DNA of 64,000 bases, from contig CAWFXA010000001.1 in assembly GCA_963819655.1 (NCBI GenBank), forward strand, positions 160,001 to 224,000. Direction: 5' to 3'. The position numbers and the translations under genes are program-made. The stretch's first letter is position 1; the number at the start of each line of letters is the position of its first letter. Source of the stretch: an uncultured Chloroflexia bacterium. Its GTDB lineage: Bacteria > Chloroflexota > Limnocylindria > Limnocylindrales > CSP1-4. Of this stretch, positions 58,116 through 64,000 are shown piece after piece. The notes beneath the pieces were generated by a model that made no database searches, was not told the origin of the DNA, and worked only from the letters and a program-made list of their open reading frames with translations.

Positions 58116-59450
58116 TTAGGATACCGGGCGGGCTCTCCGGCGAAACTCGCGCGCAGCGCCGTACGCGAGGCCGGCGACCCAGCCGATGACCATCAGCGCG
58201 CCGAGGATGGTCCGGGCCGTCTGCGTCCCCGCCGGATCGCTTGCGAACAGGAGGACCGCCGTCGGGAACACCATCGCCAGCACGCCGAGCGTGGCATAGG
58301 TCCCCACCCGGGCGAAGCGGGGGACGAGAACGAGCAGCGCGAGCGCCGCCAGCTGCAGTGTCCACGAGACGGGCGCGGCGGCCGGATCGCAGGTCGCCGC
58401 GAAGCGCCCGCAGCCGCTGATCTCGCCGGCACCCCAGCCGATGCCGAGGGCGATCGGTGTCCACGCGATGAACGCCCGCCCGACCCGTGCCGCGATCGAG
58501 GGCCGATCATCGTCGAGCCAGGCCCGGATCGAGGCGACGGCCGCGTCGACGGACAGGTCGTCGACGCCCGGGGGCGCGGTGGCGAGTGGTTGCTGCTGAG
58601 CCCGGGGTGCGGGTCGGGCCGGCGGCCCGTCCGTTCGGGAGCGCGGCGTCGCGGTCGTCTCCCCGGTCGTCGCCTCCCACCACGACGAGGTCGTGTGGGT
58701 CGGTGGGGTGGGCGGGGTCGTCTCGGGCTCGGCCGCCGCGGCGGACGCGGCGGCGTCGACGCCGATCGTGCCCGGGGCATCGGGGGTCTCCGAGGCGGCC
58801 TCGAGCGGCGGCCCCGGACGCCCTTGATCGGGAGGCCGAGCGCCCGCACGTCGTGCCCGTGCCTGGTACTCCGGTCCGTGCTTCCGCGGGTCCGCGTATT
58901 CCTTGGGGTTCAGCGTCCAGTACGTGCCGGAGGTGGTGCCGTACCACGACGCGCCGCCCCAGTCCGGGTCGAACGCCTCGCCCTCGACGCCGTCATATGA
59001 CGTGGATCCAAGCGTGGCCTTCTTCGGCGGGCGTTCCGGGCGGCCCGCGGGGCCGGGCCCGGGCGCTTGGTCAGCTCCCGCGGACTGGTCCGGGCGGGGC
59101 CCCGGTCGGGGTCGTGATCCGGGAGTCGCGCCCGGCCGCGAACGTGGTCGGCCGCCGTATGCACGACGGGTGGCGCCGGCGCGGTCCGGATCGGCATCCC
59201 ACGCTCGTCGTGGCGCGCCTCCCGGGCCGCGGCCGTTCGACCCGCGGTTGCCCCCGTCGGGCCCCGCGATCTGGTCATACGCCGCCTGGATCGCGAGGAA
59301 GCGTGGCAGCGCCGCTTCGCCCGCGGCGTCCGGATGGTTGGCCTTGGCGAGTCGCCGGTACGCCTTCTTGACGTCGTCGAGCGTGGCCCCACGCTCGAGG
59401 CCGAGGGTGCGATAGGGATCGTCGTCGGGGGGCATCAGGTCGGCGGTCAC
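58116..59450 (-). CDS. Membrane-anchored J-domain protein
   Basis: DPYRTLG, ANHPD; long Pro/Gly linker; four C-terminal TM helices. Confidence 0.85.
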   Translation of the reverse strand: MTADLMPPDDDPYRTLGLERGATLDDVKKAYRRLAKANHPDAAGEAALPRFLAIQAAYDQIAGPDGGNRGSNGRGPGGAPRRAWDADPDRAGATRRAYGGRPRSRPGATPGSRPRPGPRPDQSAGADQAPGPGPAGRPERPPKKATLGSTSYDGVEGEAFDPDWGGASWYGTTSGTYWTLNPKEYADPRKHGPEYQARARRAGARPPDQGRPGPPLEAASETPDAPGTIGVDAAASAAAAEPETTPPTPPTHTTSSWWEATTGETTATPRSRTDGPPARPAPRAQQQPLATAPPGVDDLSVDAAVASIRAWLDDDRPSIAARVGRAFIAWTPIALGIGWGAGEISGCGRFAATCDPAAAPVSWTLQLAALALLVLVPRFARVGTYATLGVLAMVFPTAVLLFASDPAGTQTARTILGALMVIGWVAGLAYGAAREFRRRARPVS

Positions 59451-59504
59451 TCCTGGCTCGGCTCGTCGGACATGCTCGACGGTCCCGGGTGAACCGTCCG
59501 ACCG

Positions 59505-60650
59505 TCAGCCGATCAGTTCGCCGACGGGCGCGAGCTCGAATTCCGCGACCGATTCTGCGCCGACGCGCCCGTGCGGGTCGAGGACCGTCGGCCGGTGGTA
59601 GCGGGCGAGCATGCGCAGCTCCTGCCCATCGAGCACGCCGACCTGGCGGAGCGCCTCGACGGACGCCGCCCACGTCCCGCGATCGTAGCCGTCGCCGTCC
59701 TCGATCTTGATGGCCAGGCCCGACGGCGTCTCGAGCTGCGTCCCGGTCCGCGGTCCGGGCAGGATCGCGATCGCGCGGAGGGCCTCCATGCCCGCCTTGC
59801 TGATCAAGCGACCCTCGGCCGCCTTCATCAGCGACGTATCGAGGCGGTCGTGACGACCGGCCACCATCTCGGGGCTCGCGACCATCGCGTCGCGGACGAT
59901 CGTCAACGCGGGAGCCAGCGAGGCACGGCCGTCGCGCTGTCCCACGCTCGATGGGTCGGCCAGGAGTGCGTACGCCTGGGCGACCTCGCGCAGCCGGAAA
60001 CCGAAGGTCTCCACGCCACAGCCGTCGATCGCGGTCTCCAGCCGATCCGGCGACGTGCCGTAGGCCCGCGCCACAGCCGACCGAAAGGCGACCTGGGATG
60101 GATGCTCCGGCTGCCAGTACGTGTCCAGATCCCAGCCCTTGAGTCTCGACAGCAGCAAGGACACCGCGTGCTGTCCGGAGCACATGTGGCGGATCGCGCC
60201 GGCCTTCTCTCCGTCCCGCGCCAGGCGGGCGGCGGTCAGCGAATCGAGCGGCATACCCTCGTTCCCACAGGCCAGGGTGGCCTGCGTGACGCCGGCCCGG
60301 CGGAAGACGCCCTGCAGCGTCCGCACATGGAAGTCCTCGCCCGAATGCGAGCTGGCCATGATCGCGATCTCGGCAGGCTCGAGGTCGAACTCCTCGATCC
60401 CGCCGGCCTCGATAAGCGCCACGACGCCGAAGGGCTTGACGGTCGACCGGAGGGTGACCACCCGCTCGGGATCGCCGAGAGACCGGATGAGGCGGCCGCT
60501 GACGTCAGCTTCGACGATGTCGCCGCGGTGGACGCTCTCCTCGATGCCGTTTCGCAGCTGCCGGACGAGCACGGGGGTATCGGGTCGCACGCGGGCTCGG
60601 CTGCGTGCCCGACCGTTCCGAGGGGTCGCGCGCTCTGCGGCGAGGGTCAC
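59505..60650 (-). CDS. L-asparaginase II (Rhizobium AnsA-type) family protein
   Basis: ESVHRG, RSTVKPF, SSHSGE, CSGQH, IDGCG, SKAGMEA, IKIEDG. Confidence 0.85.
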   Translation of the reverse strand: MTLAAERATPRNGRARSRARVRPDTPVLVRQLRNGIEESVHRGDIVEADVSGRLIRSLGDPERVVTLRSTVKPFGVVALIEAGGIEEFDLEPAEIAIMASSHSGEDFHVRTLQGVFRRAGVTQATLACGNEGMPLDSLTAARLARDGEKAGAIRHMCSGQHAVSLLLSRLKGWDLDTYWQPEHPSQVAFRSAVARAYGTSPDRLETAIDGCGVETFGFRLREVAQAYALLADPSSVGQRDGRASLAPALTIVRDAMVASPEMVAGRHDRLDTSLMKAAEGRLISKAGMEALRAIAILPGPRTGTQLETPSGLAIKIEDGDGYDRGTWAASVEALRQVGVLDGQELRMLARYHRPTVLDPHGRVGAESVAEFELAPVGELIG

Positions 60651-60784
60651 GCACCGAGGATACCGCGCAGCCACCTCGGCGGAGGTGTCGGATGCGTGAC
60701 TTTTCGGTGGGTCGATGGTCCGGCCCGTCGCTGGGCGGTCCGTGCCCCGGACCAGGCACGGGTCTCGCTGGTACCGTCACTGCC

Positions 60785-61567
60785 ATGTCCGGGCTCCGCG
60801 CCTCCCTCTCGCACGTCGTCAGTGCGACCGTGATCGTTGTCGTCGTCGTCGCCGGCTGCCTGCCGTCGCCGCGGGCGGCGAGCGAGGACGCCGCGTCGTC
60901 GGCCGGCTCCGGCGTGCCGAGTGCCCGCCCATCCCCGATCCCGAAAGCCCACCTCGCGGCCATCGCCGCGTTCGCCGAGCGCGTCACCAGCGGGAAGTTG
61001 ACCTACCGGGTCACGCTCAAGGGAAGTGTCCGCGCCTCGGCCGACAACCTCCCGATCGCCGGAACGATGGACGTGTCAGGAGCCGACTTCTCGAGTTCGT
61101 TCACGTACGACTTCAGCCGCGACTATGAGACTCTCGGCAAGGAACGGGTCCAGGTCCGCGGCGTGAAGGGCAAGGGCTATATCAAGCGCGGATCGAAGGC
61201 GTGGCAGGCCATCAAGGGTTTCGGCGTCGCCCACTCGTATGTCCCGTTCAAGACCGTGGATGCGGTCGAGGACGTGCGCTACCTAGGGGCGGTCAGGGTC
61301 GGGGGCGCGACGTTCCACAAGGTCGGGATCGCGGGCGCCATGCTCCTCCACCCGAACACGATCCCCTACCGGATCCAGAAGGAGAAGATCGACCTGACCG
61401 AGCTCGAGGTCGCGATCGACGATGCCGGCAAGCCGCGCTCGGGGACGTGGAGGCTGTGGGGCCAGGCGCGCATCGGTCCGGGCAACGGCCAGCTGCAGCG
61501 GGTCGTGTACGAGGTAAACCTGACGTTCTCGAAGGTCGGCGCCAAGATCACCGTCAAGCGCCCCTAG
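60785..61567 (+). CDS. Lipoprotein of unknown function (beta-rich, LppX/LolA-like?)
   Basis: Hydrophobic stretch plus VAGC lipobox; TACCGT 7 nt upstream of ATG. Confidence 0.7.
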   Translation: MSGLRASLSHVVSATVIVVVVVAGCLPSPRAASEDAASSAGSGVPSARPSPIPKAHLAAIAAFAERVTSGKLTYRVTLKGSVRASADNLPIAGTMDVSGADFSSSFTYDFSRDYETLGKERVQVRGVKGKGYIKRGSKAWQAIKGFGVAHSYVPFKTVDAVEDVRYLGAVRVGGATFHKVGIAGAMLLHPNTIPYRIQKEKIDLTELEVAIDDAGKPRSGTWRLWGQARIGPGNGQLQRVVYEVNLTFSKVGAKITVKRP

Positions 61568-61906
61568 CGGGTCCGTCGACCGTTCCGCCCCTCCGCGAGG
61601 ATCGACACGCTCGGTCGGCAGCGGTTCAGCGAATTCCTCGCGACTGCCGCAGCCTCGGTAGCAATGCGACGATTGCGGCGTGTTGACCGACCGACAGCGG
61701 GTGCACACCCAGCTGTTCTCGGGGAGATCGCGGGCGTCGAGGAGCGCGCGGCCGGCCGCCTTACCGGCGCCAGGGATCATGTGCCCGACCTCCGAGGTCG
61801 ATGCCATGAGGAACCGGAGCAGGACGAGCCCGACCGCCACCAGGACGCCCGCGACAACGACCGCGACGGCCCAGTCGATCCCGAGGATGTAGTCGGCGAA
61901 GTCCAC
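61564..61906 (-). CDS. Small membrane protein with RanBP2-like Zn ribbon (probable frameshift near 61607)
   Basis: N-terminal TM then W.CxxC...N......CxxxC; 3' end uncertain. Confidence 0.55.
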
Positions 61907-61922
61907 GATTCGATGATGCGAC

Positions 61923-61982
61923 CGCTTCCGCGTCATCGGTGCCGGGGCGCAACGCTTCCGCGCCATCGGTGCCGGTGCGCAC
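61923..61982. repeat. 30-bp tandem repeat x2
   Basis: cgcttccgcg(t/c)catcggtgccgg(g/t)gcgca at 61923 and 61953. Confidence 0.8.
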
Positions 61983-62021
61983 CGGAGAATCCGTCGGGGG
62001 CAGGTCCGTCGGGGGCAGGCC

Positions 62022-62675
62022 TCAGTCGCGGTTGCCGGTCCCGAACTGGCGGTCGCCGGCGTCACCGAGCCCGGGCATGATGTAGCCCTTCTCGTTCAGC
62101 CCTCGGTCGAGCGCTGCGCAGTGGATCTCGACGTCCGGATGGGCCTCCTGGACCGCCGCCACGCCCTCCGGGGCCGCGATCAGGTTGACGAGCTTGATCC
62201 GGACCGGCTTGACGGCGCCCCATCGTTTGAGGACGTCGATGGCGGCCGTCGCACTGCCGCCGGTCGCCAGCATCGGATCGAGGATGAGACACAGATCGAC
62301 GGTCGCCGAGTCGGGCAGCTTGTTGTAGTACTCGACCGGGCGGAGCGTGCGCTCGTCGCGGAACAGGCCGAGGTGCCAGACCTGGGCCGTCGGCATGAGC
62401 TCGAGCATCGCGTCGACCATGCCCAGACCGGCGCGCAGGATCGGGATGAGGCCGATCCTTTCGCCGAGCTCGCTGGCGTCCATCTCCTCCATCGGAGTCG
62501 TGATGCGGCGGGGCCGGGTCTTGGCGTCCTGGAGGGCCTCGTAGCCGAGCAGCCACGACAGCTCGCGCACGACCTCGCGGAACTTCTTGGGTTCGGTTTC
62601 GCGGTCGCGCAGGACGCCGAGCTTGTGCAGCACCGCCGGGTGGGTCGAGACGTGCAACGTGTCGGCATTCGTCAC
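62022..62675 (-). CDS. upp: Uracil phosphoribosyltransferase
   Basis: [43 protein letters not shown]. Confidence 0.97.
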   Translation of the reverse strand: MTNADTLHVSTHPAVLHKLGVLRDRETEPKKFREVVRELSWLLGYEALQDAKTRPRRITTPMEEMDASELGERIGLIPILRAGLGMVDAMLELMPTAQVWHLGLFRDERTLRPVEYYNKLPDSATVDLCLILDPMLATGGSATAAIDVLKRWGAVKPVRIKLVNLIAAPEGVAAVQEAHPDVEIHCAALDRGLNEKGYIMPGLGDAGDRQFGTGNRD

Positions 62676-63421
62676 GCGGCGATGGTAGCGCGGCGCCGCT
62701 CCGTCAATCGTCGCGTGCCGGAGTCGTACCAGACCAGACCCGGCTCTTTCGGCGGAGCCGTGCCCTCCGTCAGCGCTCGAACCCAGGCTCGGCTGGACCC
62801 TGGGAAGGCGGCATCGATGATGTTCGGGTAGCGAGCGATGAGTTCACGATTCGCGGCGGTCGCGCGAACGATCCAGACGCTCGCGACCCGGTCTTCGGGC
62901 CACGTCGCGTTGGCCTCGGCCTCCTTCCGTCGCGTCGCGCGAACGGCCGCACCGAGGTCGCCGAAGCTGTTCCAGCACTCCGCCAGGATCCGCGCGCGGA
63001 CGGATGCGTCGCGGATGCCGACGTCGGTGGATCTGCTTGGGTCCGCGGGTCGGGTCGGGACCTCAATGGTGGCAAGGCGACCGGTCGCCCGAGCAAGGTG
63101 CAGGACGAACTCCTGGATCTCCAGGTGTCCGGCGTCGTTGACCGCGGAAGGTGTGCCGATCGGCCGTGTGAGGGTGACGGCCAGCGGACGATCCAGCGCG
63201 ATCCCGAGCGCGACCCAGGTTTCCAACGGAGCGCGGGTGCCACCACCGCGCTCGATCTCGCTGAGCCGCGCGACGCTGAGACCGGAGCGTCGGGCGAGCT
63301 CGGCGATCGACCACCGCTTGGCTCGTCGCGCCGCTCGCAGCTGGCCGCCCAGTGTCGCGGCGATCGCCATTGCCTCGCGGCGGCCGTTGATGATGTCACT
63401 CGTTGGAACCCGTCGCACCAT
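62672..63421 (-). CDS. XRE-family HTH protein with C-terminal restriction-endonuclease-like region
   Basis: [22 protein letters not shown]...LSEIERG; C-terminal E..D...E-x-W pattern; start uncertain. Confidence 0.7.
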   Translation of the reverse strand: MVRRVPTSDIINGRREAMAIAATLGGQLRAARRAKRWSIAELARRSGLSVARLSEIERGGGTRAPLETWVALGIALDRPLAVTLTRPIGTPSAVNDAGHLEIQEFVLHLARATGRLATIEVPTRPADPSRSTDVGIRDASVRARILAECWNSFGDLGAAVRATRRKEAEANATWPEDRVASVWIVRATAANRELIARYPNIIDAAFPGSSRAWVRALTEGTAPPKEPGLVWYDSGTRRLTERRRATIAA

Positions 63422-63597
63422 GGTGACCTCGATAGGCGGCGGGATTTCTGATGGGAGCATACGAATCGGGGCTTCACGGGCCATTAGCGAGTCCTGCGGG
63501 GCGGTCGACCGCGTGCCCCGTGCGTGTCTCGGAAGGCACAACGCGCGTTAAGCCCGGCGAACCTGCGAAACGTCTGGTGGCAGCAGAATCAAGGCTC

Positions 63598-63656
63598 GGA
63601 ACGGACGGTTCGCGCTCCGGGTTCGCGGAACGGAGGGTTCGCGCTCCGGGTTCGCG
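63598..63656. repeat. 29-bp tandem repeat x2
   Basis: ggaacgga(c/g)ggttcgcgctccgggttcgc at 63598 and 63627. Confidence 0.8.
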
Positions 63657-63675
63657 TTTGGCGGGCGCCGCTCGC

Positions 63676-63999
63676 CTACGGGGCCTCAGGCGTGATCTCG
63701 ACCGTGCCCTTCACGAAAGCCGCGCCCCTCGTGTCGAGCACCTCGAGCGTCGCGAGTGCCGCCTGCGCGAGGTCCGTGCGATAGGCATCGCCCGACGGTG
63801 GCGCCGCGATGACGCCGGCCGCTAGGCAGACATCGATCGTGCGCTGCCATTCGGCTGGGTCCAGTACGCCGATCCCCCCGGGTGCCGGCCAGATGAGCGG
63901 GTTGACCTCGTTCATCGCCCATGCCTCGTGGCCGGCCTGCAACCTCGACGCCGGAGGGCTCGCACCGGGCGCCGCCGCTGACGTCCCAGGTGAAGCGAC
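63676..63999 (-). CDS. C-terminus of a probable ABC substrate-binding protein (NMT1/THI5-like), truncated by window
   Basis: Open to window edge; H..W.MNEVN.LIWP...GIG..D...W..T and AY.TDL...AL resemble NMT1-like binding proteins. Confidence 0.55.
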   Translation of the reverse strand, partial: VASPGTSAAAPGASPPASRLQAGHEAWAMNEVNPLIWPAPGGIGVLDPAEWQRTIDVCLAAGVIAAPPSGDAYRTDLAQAALATLEVLDTRGAAFVKGTVEITPEAP

Positions 64000-64000
64000 C

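Overview
This is a very GC-rich, gene-dense bacterial chromosomal segment of about 60 CDS. Gene content and frequent leaderless TANNNT-N6-9-start genes resemble Chloroflexota/Actinomycetota-type soil bacteria (inference only). Housekeeping and metabolic genes include argH, a GH13 glucosidase, deoC, a split aldehyde dehydrogenase pair, proS, gltX, upp and several ABC/MFS/EamA transporters. The largest block (about 32.5-55 kb) is a phosphate/polyphosphate/arsenic region: ppk1, CYTH-CHAD, ppx, pstSCAB-phoU-arsC-sixA, arsR/arsM, phoR and phoB. Four sets of 11-bp-spaced PHO-box-like repeats lie in it. The most unusual items are: (1) a histone-H1/AlgP-like Lys/Ala/Pro protein coupled to ppx, with a PhoB-like regulator lacking the phospho-acceptor next to it; (2) a catalytically degenerate ATP-dependent ligase domain starting with an Hda-type QLSLPL clamp motif; (3) a methyltransferase-FAD oxidoreductase-NUDIX-cyclase-ketosynthase operon with no ACP or CLF; (4) an unannotated ~190-nt rod-shaped RNA, a 6S RNA candidate; (5) an XRE-HTH/nuclease-like gene near short intergenic tandem repeats. 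Three apparent +1 frameshifts, including one in pstS, may be assembly errors. No rRNA, tRNA, CRISPR array or transposase was found.
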